DNA of 43,050 bases from a virus (IMGVR_UViG_3300033146_003090:1-43050); one strand, 5' to 3'; counted from the stretch's first letter, positions 19,292 to 28,612 are shown. Notes: a model not told the origin generated them from the sequence alone. Numbers and translations are program-made.

Positions 19292-20586
19292 TGGATATAT
19301 CAGAGTTCATAAATACAGATTTCAAATCATTCTCAATGGCAGATAATATAAGGAATATCCCGTCAATATGTGATGGGTTCAAACCTTCTCAGAGAAAGAT
19401 CATCTATACCATGATGCACAAGGATAGACTCTGGAAAGTATCCAGGCTGGCATCTGCAGTAGCAGAATTTACTCATTATCAACATGGTGAAACATCTTTG
19501 GCTGATACTGCCATAACAATGGCCCAGGACTATCCAGGGTCAAATAACTGTCCCCTTTTGCTCAAGCATGGTCAATTCGGTAATTCATTGGATAAGTCAG
19601 GGGCATCAGCTCCCAGGTATATCTCTGTTGATCTTGGAAAGTGGTATAAAGAGTTCTTTGATAGAAATGATGATGATTTATTGGAATTACAATCCATTGA
19701 AGGAGAAGATGCAGAACCATTTCATTTGATGCCTTTGATTCCTATGTGGGCAGTCAATGGTTCTTCTGGAATTGGTACTGGTCATGCAACCAAAATTATT
19801 CCTCATAGATTATCAGATATCAAGAAAGTAATTAAGAAGTATCTCAAGGATGGTGAGGATATCATACCAATGGTTCCTTATATCAATGGGTTCGGTGGTA
19901 ATATCTCTCTGGCTGACGGTAGAGTGACTTTAACTGGTGTTTATAAGGTAGTCAATACTACCCATATAAATATCACAGACATTCCATATTTGTATGATAA
20001 TGACAGCTACAAAGCACTTCTGAATAATCTCATTATTTCAGGGGATATAAAAGATTATACCAATAAATCCACTGAAGATGGGTGGATGTTTGAAATATCA
20101 TGTCCCAGGACAACTACCAAGAAGACCAAGAAGCAAATCATTAAACTCTTTGGCCTGCAACGAACATTGACTCAGAACTTCACTCTATGGGATACTAATG
20201 GATTGCTTCATAATTATGGAACCATAGGAGAAGCACTTAAGGAATGGATTGATTGGCGTTTGGCCCTGGTAGTCAAGCGTAAAGCCCTAATGATGAAGCA
20301 ATTCAAAGCAGAGATTCTATGGAGTCAAGTTCAGAGTGATTTTGTGACGTGGTGGAATACCAATTCTGCTTCTTTGGTAAAGCTCAATGCCTCAGACTTA
20401 ATTTCAAGGATTAAAGGAGAGGTTACACCAAAGAGAATGTTCATAGAGCTATTGATGAAAAAACCTATATCATCACTCACTCTTGAATCTGTTATGAGGT
20501 TTAACAAGAAGATTGAAAGACATAATTTTGAAATGAATGAATTAGATGCAAAAAAGCCGGTTGACATCTTCTATGATGCACTATAG
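19291..20586 (+). CDS. gp52: DNA topoisomerase II medium subunit (T4 gp52-like)
   Basis: DGFKPSQRK, YQHGE, SAPRY (catalytic Tyr), NGSSGIGTG. Confidence 0.96.
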   Translation: MDISEFINTDFKSFSMADNIRNIPSICDGFKPSQRKIIYTMMHKDRLWKVSRLASAVAEFTHYQHGETSLADTAITMAQDYPGSNNCPLLLKHGQFGNSLDKSGASAPRYISVDLGKWYKEFFDRNDDDLLELQSIEGEDAEPFHLMPLIPMWAVNGSSGIGTGHATKIIPHRLSDIKKVIKKYLKDGEDIIPMVPYINGFGGNISLADGRVTLTGVYKVVNTTHINITDIPYLYDNDSYKALLNNLIISGDIKDYTNKSTEDGWMFEISCPRTTTKKTKKQIIKLFGLQRTLTQNFTLWDTNGLLHNYGTIGEALKEWIDWRLALVVKRKALMMKQFKAEILWSQVQSDFVTWWNTNSASLVKLNASDLISRIKGEVTPKRMFIELLMKKPISSLTLESVMRFNKKIERHNFEMNELDAKKPVDIFYDAL

Positions 20587-20589
20587 ACT
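20561..20589 (+). promoter_or_regulatory. sigma70-type promoter for the macrodomain gene
   Basis: TTGACA-N17-TAGACT. Confidence 0.8.
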
Positions 20590-20621
20590 AACAAAACAAC
20601 ACAGATGAGGAGAAGTTCATT

Positions 20622-21206
20622 ATGATTACATTCGAGACTATTAAGGGTGATATTACCAAGATCAAAGCAGACTGCAGCGTGAACGCTGCAAACACTATTA
20701 TGATGGGTGGTGATGGAGTAGATGGTGCTTTACATCGAGCAGCAGGGAAGCAGCTTAAAAACTACATAGAAATGACTTACCGATCAGGTTTGGAACCCAA
20801 TGAACCTGCAGTCAAGACCGGCCAAGTAATCCATACACCATCTTTTGGGCTACAAGACATATGCCATAGCATTTTTCACGTAGCAGGGCCAGATTGTAGA
20901 ATATTAGATGAAGATCAGGCTTTCGATTCATTAGTAGAGACTTACAAGAATATTGCCATCACTATCATGAAATGGAACGATCACTACCTGCAGACAAATG
21001 ATAGAGAGAAATTGATCAATGAAATCACTATCCCGGCAATTTCCACTGGCATATATGGGATGGAAGCCCTAATGTCTTCATGTGTCGCCATAACCACATT
21101 AAATGAAATATTAGGGGATTACGAGAGAAAGGTTAAGGTAATTTTTGTTTTGTTTAATGACTATCTTAAAAAGATTTACGACAAAGTTTTGTTTTACAGT
21201 GAATGA
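20622..21206 (+). CDS. Macrodomain protein (ADP-ribose binding / hydrolase, MacroD/YmdB-like)
   Basis: KGDITK, VNAAN, GGDGVDGALHRAAG, HVAGP, PAISTGIYG. Confidence 0.93.
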   Translation: MITFETIKGDITKIKADCSVNAANTIMMGGDGVDGALHRAAGKQLKNYIEMTYRSGLEPNEPAVKTGQVIHTPSFGLQDICHSIFHVAGPDCRILDEDQAFDSLVETYKNIAITIMKWNDHYLQTNDREKLINEITIPAISTGIYGMEALMSSCVAITTLNEILGDYERKVKVIFVLFNDYLKKIYDKVLFYSE

Positions 21207-21226
21207 AGGTAATTACATGTTCATCG

Positions 21227-21264
21227 AAAGCCATATTTCTTCATTGGAATATGGCTTTTGTTTT
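21227..21264 (+). terminator. Rho-independent terminator
   Basis: AAAGCCATATT...AATATGGCTTTTGTTTT. Confidence 0.8.
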
Positions 21265-21269
21265 AAATA
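21263..21269 (+). promoter_or_regulatory. Putative late promoter
   Basis: TTAAATA about 40 nt upstream of the 1096-aa ORF. Confidence 0.6.
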
Positions 21270-21309
21270 GTAAAAGAACTATTTTAATTTTAATCTTTTT
21301 GGGGGTATT

Positions 21310-24300
21310 ATGAAATCCATATTCAGTGATGCAAATACATCTAAACTTCTAACAGAGTCCTTCAACTCAGAACCATTCGAGTGGACTAAAAGCATCGTTT
21401 CAGGTGAAGTAGTATATGACTTTGATGTTGATCTTGGTAATGAAGAAGTTTTTGAGTATCGTGTCAAGTTCATGAAAGTGTCTAAAACAACGATCAAGAT
21501 GCCTGTTGATAAGGCTACATCCAAACAAACTACAATGATCGGATTCGGTCAAAGAATGCCCGGGGCAGGTAAATTTAAGCAGTTGAAAAAAATCATAGAG
21601 CCATTCAGAACCATTGGAACTATGTCTGCAATCATGAATGACTTTTTGGTCTCTGCCAAAACCAAACCAATCAATGGTTTCATCTTTGCCTTTCAGCCTA
21701 AAATATACAAGAAAGTCAAGCGTGTCCTTCCTATGATTTTCAAAAAAACAACCAAGAAGATTAAGCATGTTGATGTCAATGTCTCTTTACTCCCAGGAAA
21801 ACAGTTCATGTATTTCTGTAGAAAGAATGTTGATCCTGCTTCAGTATTTGTTTTCCCTGAATATGAAGGTGAGTTTAGCCCAGAAGCCATACAGTCAAAC
21901 AAAGATAACAATCCTGGTATCCCTTCCTCTTCAATTTCAACTGATGAAGTAACTATCCCAGCAATTCAGCCTATTACTGTAGATGATAAATTGAATGTGA
22001 TTTTTAGTATCTTTGATGAAGAGTATTTTGTGCAAGGTTCTGATAGTGCATGGGATAGATGGTCAGGTGCTCATTACTTTGGTTATCGAAAGATTATTAA
22101 TGGGAAATTGATCAGGGTGAGAGTAGAGATTGAAAATATATATAATGCCATCAAGAATGGAGAGTCATATGTTCCTGGTGAAGTTATATATAGTTCAGTT
22201 CCCGATATATCCGAAATTGACTTTCCAGTGAATCCCACGTCATTAATGTCTTTCCTTAGTGGATTAGAAGGTATCTATGGAAATTCAACGGATACTGGTT
22301 CAGAGAAGACTGCTATCTTCTCTACATATACAATGGCTCAAAATGTTGTAAAGTTGATGAATAAATATAACTCCAATATTAATGTCAGTTCCTATGAAGA
22401 CAAAGTAACTATTACCAATTATGATGAATCTTCCAGTATCACTGAAGAAGCTGATGATGTATTAGATGCAATGAGACGATTGGATGATTATTCATGGTAT
22501 CCCGATGAATTTCAATATGACTTTGATGCAGAATTATTTCTACCCATTGATGAGAATGAAGATTGGTATGGTGTTCCTATTCCAATCAATAGTGATTGGA
22601 AAGTTATCAGTAATCCATCTCAATATATTATTCACTATCAGGATGATGAAACAGGGGGTATAGTAGAGTTTAATAATGGGATATATGTCTACACATTAGA
22701 TGGTGTCAATGAAGTCGGTACAGGTGGATATAAGCACCTTGGGGGTATAGTTACTGTACTCAAAGAAGCCCGGGATTATTTCAAGAATCCCAATATCACC
22801 TCATCTATGAAAATGAATTTTGTCGCCATGGAATTTGAAGATACTTATCATTTATCAGATGGAGTTCAATGGGAAAAGATTACAGATGAGGATCATTTCA
22901 TTTATAAAGGTACCATTGATGGTGAAGATGCCAAGTTGACTGTTGACATGGATAAAATATATCAACAGTCTTATGATATGAGTTATGAGAAAGTACTGGG
23001 AAATCTTGATTATGGAGATAACTCAATGGAAGTTGAAGTTGAAACAGATCCAATTAATTTTTTAAATTTTCTGGAAACACTCAAAGCTCAAGCCATTGGT
23101 TCCTTCATAGATAGTCCTGATACTGATGAAGATGAAGTATATTTGACAGAAATCTCATACCCTTTCAATGGCTTTGATGTTATTCAATCATCTGGGAAAC
23201 AAGCCAGAGGATATTTTCTTACTCAAGTTAAAACATATATAGACAACAGTGCCAACGAAACAAGTCAGATTGATATCAATATCAACCCCAAAGCAGTCGT
23301 CATTTCTAATATTACATCTGAAGAAGTTAATCTTTTTAATTTATGGTATGATGATGTAATGGAATTAATGAATCCAGGGCATAGTGATTCAGTGCCAGTA
23401 GTATGGCTTGAATTTGAAGATTGGGATTTAAATGAAATATCCAATGAGAAAGTAGAATATACTAATCATTATGGTAAATTTACTTCAGTAATATCTATTG
23501 ATGGAGATACCTTTTCACTCAAAATCAATGGTCAACAATCTTCATTATTCGATAATAATCCATTTAAGGATCTCAAAAAAGATGTAATTGAAGTAGTAGT
23601 GTCATACTTGAATGGGGTTCAGTCACCTATTGTAAGTTGGCCTGATGTAATATCATGGGATCAAATGAGCAGTGCTAATGAATTTCAGATGCAGTATATT
23701 CGTGGTGATATCACTGTTCTTATTGATAGGATCAATAGGGAATATACCATTGGTAATAACACTGAACCAGTTAAATTTAATCTTGAAATCAAATCACTTC
23801 TTGCACAGATTTGGGAAATATCCAAATACACACCTGGTACATATGTTAAAGTGGATCCAACATCTGAATTATGGCTTACGTCTGAATTTCAGACAGAACT
23901 TAAAGCTCATAATTGGATAGGCAGAGTGTCTGGGATTAGTGGCCTTTCTTATATTAAGATTGGAATTCCATATATGCCTGAGATCGAAAATGAGACAATC
24001 TCAGTATCTAACATACAAGAAATAATATTCAAGCCATCCAAGAGTTCATTTGAAACGTCATATAATTGGCCAGTTATATCTGGTTGGTCTAAAGATATAA
24101 AGGAAAAAGTTGCTTTTTACTCGTTAGATGATATTGAATTGAAATTTGATTCAATCTCCAGCAACTATACATTGAAAGTTGATGGGCTACCTATTAGTAC
24201 TGGTGTATTTGAGCAAGGTGATATTGTTGATATCATCAATAAAGCTCAAAAGGATCACGGTAAACTGACTCATGAACCGGGGACACCTTTAAAATTTCAT

Positions 24301-24600
24301 ACAGAATCTGATCATTATCCTACACCCAAGGGTTTGAAGATCATTACAGATGCTAATTTTGAAGCTGAATTTGTGATGGAATTGGATGATGGAACAGTCA
24401 TAGCAAAGACTTCATCCGGGAAACAGTTTACAACCAAGAAAGAAGGCATTTCAGGAGTTGTGGGTGAAACTGGTATACCTGGTGATTGTACTGTAGAAGA
24501 AAATGATGTTGGTGAAGTTATTTTCACTCAGGATGAAACAGTTATCAAATTCACTAAAGAAGAGTCAATTGAACTCAAGACTTGGTTACGTCAACAATAA
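21310..24600 (+). CDS. Large multi-domain protein with a T4 Alt-like N-terminal domain; probable internal head protein
   Basis: N-terminal LLTE (gp21-type site); MYFCRKNVDPASVFVFPE resembles T4 Alt ILIHRKNVSLEDIPGVPE as recalled; late-type promoter; acidic repeated remainder. Confidence 0.6.
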   Translation: MKSIFSDANTSKLLTESFNSEPFEWTKSIVSGEVVYDFDVDLGNEEVFEYRVKFMKVSKTTIKMPVDKATSKQTTMIGFGQRMPGAGKFKQLKKIIEPFRTIGTMSAIMNDFLVSAKTKPINGFIFAFQPKIYKKVKRVLPMIFKKTTKKIKHVDVNVSLLPGKQFMYFCRKNVDPASVFVFPEYEGEFSPEAIQSNKDNNPGIPSSSISTDEVTIPAIQPITVDDKLNVIFSIFDEEYFVQGSDSAWDRWSGAHYFGYRKIINGKLIRVRVEIENIYNAIKNGESYVPGEVIYSSVPDISEIDFPVNPTSLMSFLSGLEGIYGNSTDTGSEKTAIFSTYTMAQNVVKLMNKYNSNINVSSYEDKVTITNYDESSSITEEADDVLDAMRRLDDYSWYPDEFQYDFDAELFLPIDENEDWYGVPIPINSDWKVISNPSQYIIHYQDDETGGIVEFNNGIYVYTLDGVNEVGTGGYKHLGGIVTVLKEARDYFKNPNITSSMKMNFVAMEFEDTYHLSDGVQWEKITDEDHFIYKGTIDGEDAKLTVDMDKIYQQSYDMSYEKVLGNLDYGDNSMEVEVETDPINFLNFLETLKAQAIGSFIDSPDTDEDEVYLTEISYPFNGFDVIQSSGKQARGYFLTQVKTYIDNSANETSQIDININPKAVVISNITSEEVNLFNLWYDDVMELMNPGHSDSVPVVWLEFEDWDLNEISNEKVEYTNHYGKFTSVISIDGDTFSLKINGQQSSLFDNNPFKDLKKDVIEVVVSYLNGVQSPIVSWPDVISWDQMSSANEFQMQYIRGDITVLIDRINREYTIGNNTEPVKFNLEIKSLLAQIWEISKYTPGTYVKVDPTSELWLTSEFQTELKAHNWIGRVSGISGLSYIKIGIPYMPEIENETISVSNIQEIIFKPSKSSFETSYNWPVISGWSKDIKEKVAFYSLDDIELKFDSISSNYTLKVDGLPISTGVFEQGDIVDIINKAQKDHGKLTHEPGTPLKFHTESDHYPTPKGLKIITDANFEAEFVMELDDGTVIAKTSSGKQFTTKKEGISGVVGETGIPGDCTVEENDVGEVIFTQDETVIKFTKEESIELKTWLRQQ

Positions 24601-24639
24601 GATATACGAGGGATTAAGAGTCCCTCTTGGAGGATTGAA

Positions 24640-26049
24640 ATGAGCAACATTCAAGTAGGTAATAGTAAGATATCTGTGATCATAGGGGAAGTCATTATCA
24701 CTGACTCTGGTAAGACTATTGATATTCCTCTTCATACTGTCAAATCAATGCTAAATATCTATGATCTCAAAGATGCAACCATAGTCACTACTGAACAGTT
24801 TGAGGCAGGTATTGAAGGTTGGAAAACTTTTTCAAATAAATTGAATGACCTAACCAATGGTGATCTCCAGCTTCTCACATATGATGAAGTCAGTGATGTG
24901 GCTAAGCTCTATGGTATCACACAGATTTCAGTCAAGCGGGCAATGAAAGTCCAAGATGGATTATCAGAAGCAGATACAAATTCTCTTTGGGTAATGAAAA
25001 ATCCACCCAATATTACATCAAAGAAAGTCATTCAGGTTCCTATTCACAAAGTTTTAAAGAATATGAAGAAATATAGCAGCCCAGACTTGATGAAATGGAT
25101 AAAAACTAATCCCATCCCGACTAACCCAAGTGCTAAAGTGTGGTCATTTAAAGATGACAAGAAACTCCAGACACTATATGGTAATTTCCAGGGAATGTAT
25201 CAAGGCAAGGATATGGTTCTTACTGATGCCATTAAGTCTTTATCTATGGGAAAAATACCTAAAGAAGATGCTTATAAAATTGAAAGTTTCACGAATAATG
25301 TTAGTGCTGAGGTATACTCCAAGTTGAAGAAAACTCAAATGGCGATGACTACTGATGGTAGTTCAGCAGTTAAGACTTTTTGTGGTAGTTATTATAGTAC
25401 AATTAATGGATTCTTGAAGGGATATAAAACTACAAATACAGCTGGTGTACAGGATGTATGCAAAAATATGGATAAAGCCTTTACTAAACAGGGTATTAAG
25501 TTGGATCCTAATATCTACCTGTACAGAAGTCAAACGATTGAAAAAGAGAAACTTCAAAATTTAGAAGCTGGTATTGTTTTACCATATGATGGCTACGTTT
25601 CTTTTACTCTCAGATTTGGGATGGCTACATCATGGAAAAATGCTTCATTAATGAATATGTTTAAATTAAAAGGATCATATGACACTACAGTTGTTTTCAT
25701 CTGTAAGGGTTTTGATAAGTGTTTAAGTTTATTCCCGGCAGATATTAGTCCACATTCTGGAGAACATGAGATTATTGCAAACCGGGGAATTGGAATCAAG
25801 ATCCTTAGACGTCTGAATAAAAAAGATGCCCATACCAATTTTTATGAAACTGAGATAGTTACATCGGAGGTAGAAACTTTGGTTGAATCAAGTATGGATA
25901 CTTCAATACCATCAGATATCATGAAACTTATTGCCATTGAGAATGAACTTGAGAAAGATCCAAAATATTGTGCCAGGAAAGCAGCAGAAACACAGAATTA
26001 TAATTCTGAGAAATGGAATGAATCGATCAATTTTGATGATTTTGAATAG
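24640..26049 (+). CDS. NAD+:protein ADP-ribosyltransferase (Alt/VIP2-like, R-S-E clade)
   Basis: FCGSYYSTINGFL..MDKAF..LYRSQ..GYVSFTL..GEHEII; GGAGG RBS. Confidence 0.88.
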   Translation: MSNIQVGNSKISVIIGEVIITDSGKTIDIPLHTVKSMLNIYDLKDATIVTTEQFEAGIEGWKTFSNKLNDLTNGDLQLLTYDEVSDVAKLYGITQISVKRAMKVQDGLSEADTNSLWVMKNPPNITSKKVIQVPIHKVLKNMKKYSSPDLMKWIKTNPIPTNPSAKVWSFKDDKKLQTLYGNFQGMYQGKDMVLTDAIKSLSMGKIPKEDAYKIESFTNNVSAEVYSKLKKTQMAMTTDGSSAVKTFCGSYYSTINGFLKGYKTTNTAGVQDVCKNMDKAFTKQGIKLDPNIYLYRSQTIEKEKLQNLEAGIVLPYDGYVSFTLRFGMATSWKNASLMNMFKLKGSYDTTVVFICKGFDKCLSLFPADISPHSGEHEIIANRGIGIKILRRLNKKDAHTNFYETEIVTSEVETLVESSMDTSIPSDIMKLIAIENELEKDPKYCARKAAETQNYNSEKWNESINFDDFE

Positions 26050-26071
26050 CATTATGAATATCTAAACATAT

Positions 26072-26136
26072 CAACCACTTATGAAACTACGTGAGGGTAT
26101 AGTCAATACAGCCTTTTTCGTCTTCATAAGTGGTTG
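26072..26136. repeat. 14-bp inverted repeat with a structured 37-nt loop
   Basis: CAACCACTTATGAA...TTCATAAGTGGTTG. Confidence 0.85.
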
Positions 26137-26205
26137 TTTTGACTGTACTTTTTCTGGAGGTATGATTCCAAATGACAAAAATAGGAAAAAAAGAATTAAA
26201 AACTG

Positions 26206-26234
26206 TTGACAAACAGATTTTCATACTATATCTT
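26206..26234 (+). promoter_or_regulatory. sigma70-type promoter
   Basis: TTGACA-N17-TATCTT. Confidence 0.75.
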
Positions 26235-26288
26235 GAAGATGAAATTGAGATTGATATGAATGAAGCAAAGCAGATTTTGGGAGTCAAT

Positions 26289-26963
26289 ATGCTGGATATC
26301 AGTAATTACATCAAGATAGGCAATCAACAGGGGTCAAATACAGGTGGATTCTATTCAGAGAAGGAAACAGGTGAACAATTTTACATGAAGTTCTATGAGA
26401 ACATCGAAATCACCGATACTGAATTTTCTGCAAACAAGTTCTATGATATCTTGGGAGCCAATGTCCCTTCATTGAGCAAAGTTAAAAATGAATCAGGGGA
26501 TATTGGGATTGCATCCAAAGTCGTGGAAGGATTGTCCATTGATCAGCAAGCATTAAAGACAGATCCCAAGCTCAGGGCAGGAATCATGGAAAACTTTGCC
26601 ATTGATTGCTGGTTGGGAATGTGGGATGTGAAAGGTCTTGATTGGGACAACCTGTTGGTTGATACTATCAAGGGCCAGGTCATTAGGATTGATACGGGTG
26701 GCTCTATGAGATGGCGGGCCATGGGAACCAAGAAGAAAGCATCTGATTTTTCATGTGATGTTCCGGAGCTTGTATCAATGAAAGACCCCAAAAGGTCAGC
26801 GGGGAAACTCTTTCATAGCATTACAGATGCAGAAATTCAGATAGGAATTAACAAAGTCACTTCACTATCTGATGAAACAATAGCCAATGTCATTGGAGAC
26901 GATCAGGAATTGATTGACATTCTGATCTGTCGACGGGAAACACTTCGTAATTATTTCAACTAA
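26289..26963 (+). CDS. PI3/4-kinase / HipA-like kinase-fold protein (start may be 26172)
   Basis: Gly loop QGSNTGGFY, FYMK, E..ANKFY..LG..VP, DCWLGMWD..DNLL, RIDTGG. Confidence 0.75.
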   Translation: MLDISNYIKIGNQQGSNTGGFYSEKETGEQFYMKFYENIEITDTEFSANKFYDILGANVPSLSKVKNESGDIGIASKVVEGLSIDQQALKTDPKLRAGIMENFAIDCWLGMWDVKGLDWDNLLVDTIKGQVIRIDTGGSMRWRAMGTKKKASDFSCDVPELVSMKDPKRSAGKLFHSITDAEIQIGINKVTSLSDETIANVIGDDQELIDILICRRETLRNYFN

Positions 26964-26975
26964 AAGGGGATTCAA

Positions 26976-27725
26976 ATGAGCATCAATGTAACTGTACTTT
27001 CAGAGTCAAAAGAGAATTACCTGGCAGCAATGATTGGAATGGGCCTGGCTTTCAACAAGACTGCTCATTGTAAGTCTATCGATGATCTCAAAAGGAATAG
27101 TCAATTAAGATCATCTATGCACCAGAGAGCTATGAAGATGGCTTTCAAGGGGAAAGGGCATTCCAAGTTCTTGAGGGCTATTCATCTTGATCTTTTGGTT
27201 GAGGCACCACTTGATTGGTGGACACAGCAGGCAACTTATACTACCACAGACGCTGTACAGTCAACATCCACAATGCACACTTTAAAACGTGACGGTGGTG
27301 TCTTTGATGATAATGTCGATTCTGTCATCATGGATCGTGTTAATGAGATGCTCGATGACCCATCAATTTCATTGGATATTCTCAAGAAATCTATTCCAAT
27401 TGGATTCATCTACACCAGAACCATTCATCTGAACTACCAAACACTGCAGCATATGTTCATGCAGAGGCATAATCACAAATTAAAGGAATGGAGGGATTTT
27501 TGTGAACAGATCATGGAGCAGATAGCTCATCCATATTTCATTGACCCTGATTACATGAAGACTATTAAAGTTAAGGTTGATTTACTTCGTCGAAGCAAAG
27601 GCAGGATCTCAGCTATCAAAGAATATCATTGGAGTACAGGGCTATCTCTCCGAATGGCAAAAGATTGGTGCGATGAGAGATATTCAGATGGTAAGTTTTC
27701 GGACGATTACCAAGAAGAAAATTAA
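26976..27725 (+). CDS. Divergent ThyX-like protein with a C-terminal L7/L12-like domain
   Basis: GHSKFLR, APLDWWTQ..TY..STSTMH, LNYQTL..QRHNHKLKEW; C-terminal ISAIKEY..TGLSLRMAKDWCD. Confidence 0.7.
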   Translation: MSINVTVLSESKENYLAAMIGMGLAFNKTAHCKSIDDLKRNSQLRSSMHQRAMKMAFKGKGHSKFLRAIHLDLLVEAPLDWWTQQATYTTTDAVQSTSTMHTLKRDGGVFDDNVDSVIMDRVNEMLDDPSISLDILKKSIPIGFIYTRTIHLNYQTLQHMFMQRHNHKLKEWRDFCEQIMEQIAHPYFIDPDYMKTIKVKVDLLRRSKGRISAIKEYHWSTGLSLRMAKDWCDERYSDGKFSDDYQEEN

Positions 27726-27738
27726 TTACAGAAAGTTC

Positions 27739-27767
27739 TTGACAATGTGCTTTTAATAGGTTAATAT
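27739..27767 (+). promoter_or_regulatory. sigma70-type promoter
   Basis: TTGACA-N17-TAATAT. Confidence 0.85.
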
Positions 27768-27829
27768 CATTTTAACGATCAATTAGAAGCACATCCATTA
27801 ATGTAGTAAAATGAAAAGGAAAATTCATC

Positions 27830-28612
27830 ATGAAAAAGATCATTTTCATCATTGCAACAATCATCATGCTCCATTCTATCAATTCACAAGCGGACGGAAT
27901 CCCTTTCTTCGATGATTCATTTAAAATTACATATGCAGCAAGTAATATGATGAAGAGGATTGTCGGAGAACCAGTGAATCCATTAATCAAGGAATATGAT
28001 AGGAATCTTCTGGCTTTGAATCCAGGGCAATGTTCAATGAAATATCTTCTTGAGAGCAAGAAAAATGCTCTCAGTAGCTTTAAACTTACAATGATGATGC
28101 ATGATGATGCCATGAAATATTTCAGCTTGGCAGAGAAGTTACTTGTGAATATAGACACATATGAATCCGAAACGAGAATCATTGAATCATGGGATGTCCC
28201 GGCTCAGGTCTACATCAATGAAATAGTTGAACTTTACAATCAAAATCATGCTTCTGATATCGCAAAGGCAGATGAAGTTTTAAAACAATTACATGATCAA
28301 GGAAAACAAAATACCTCTGGTTACCGTCGACTACTCGCAGATAGGAATCGAATCATTGACACTGTTAACAATTCAATTCAGGGATTCAAGGACGCAGAAG
28401 CCAAGAAAAAGAAAATAGGTAAGTTCAAAAGAACAGTTTCTTTGAAATTAATCAATGACCTTAAGAGAGAGGTTGCTGATGAAATTAAGAAAACAGGGAA
28501 AGTAGATAGTAACGATTACACTACTATGATAAGGATGTTGTCCGAAAATAGTGACAAGATCGCAAAACTCCAAAGTAAATTCATAGCCGATTACAGGGCA
28601 CTGCTCAGATGA
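27830..28612 (+). CDS. Secreted / periplasmic helical protein
   Basis: MKKIIFIIATIIMLHSINSQA Sec signal peptide; own promoter and terminator. Confidence 0.8.
   Translation: MKKIIFIIATIIMLHSINSQADGIPFFDDSFKITYAASNMMKRIVGEPVNPLIKEYDRNLLALNPGQCSMKYLLESKKNALSSFKLTMMMHDDAMKYFSLAEKLLVNIDTYESETRIIESWDVPAQVYINEIVELYNQNHASDIAKADEVLKQLHDQGKQNTSGYRRLLADRNRIIDTVNNSIQGFKDAEAKKKKIGKFKRTVSLKLINDLKREVADEIKKTGKVDSNDYTTMIRMLSENSDKIAKLQSKFIADYRALLR

Noticed and set aside
26172-26288. Longer starts given by the ORF track (26172; likewise 15616, 31022, 9884, 7727)
   Set aside because: The extensions overlap promoters or upstream genes and downstream ATGs have good RBSs; 26172 is not fully excluded because GGAGG lies at 26156
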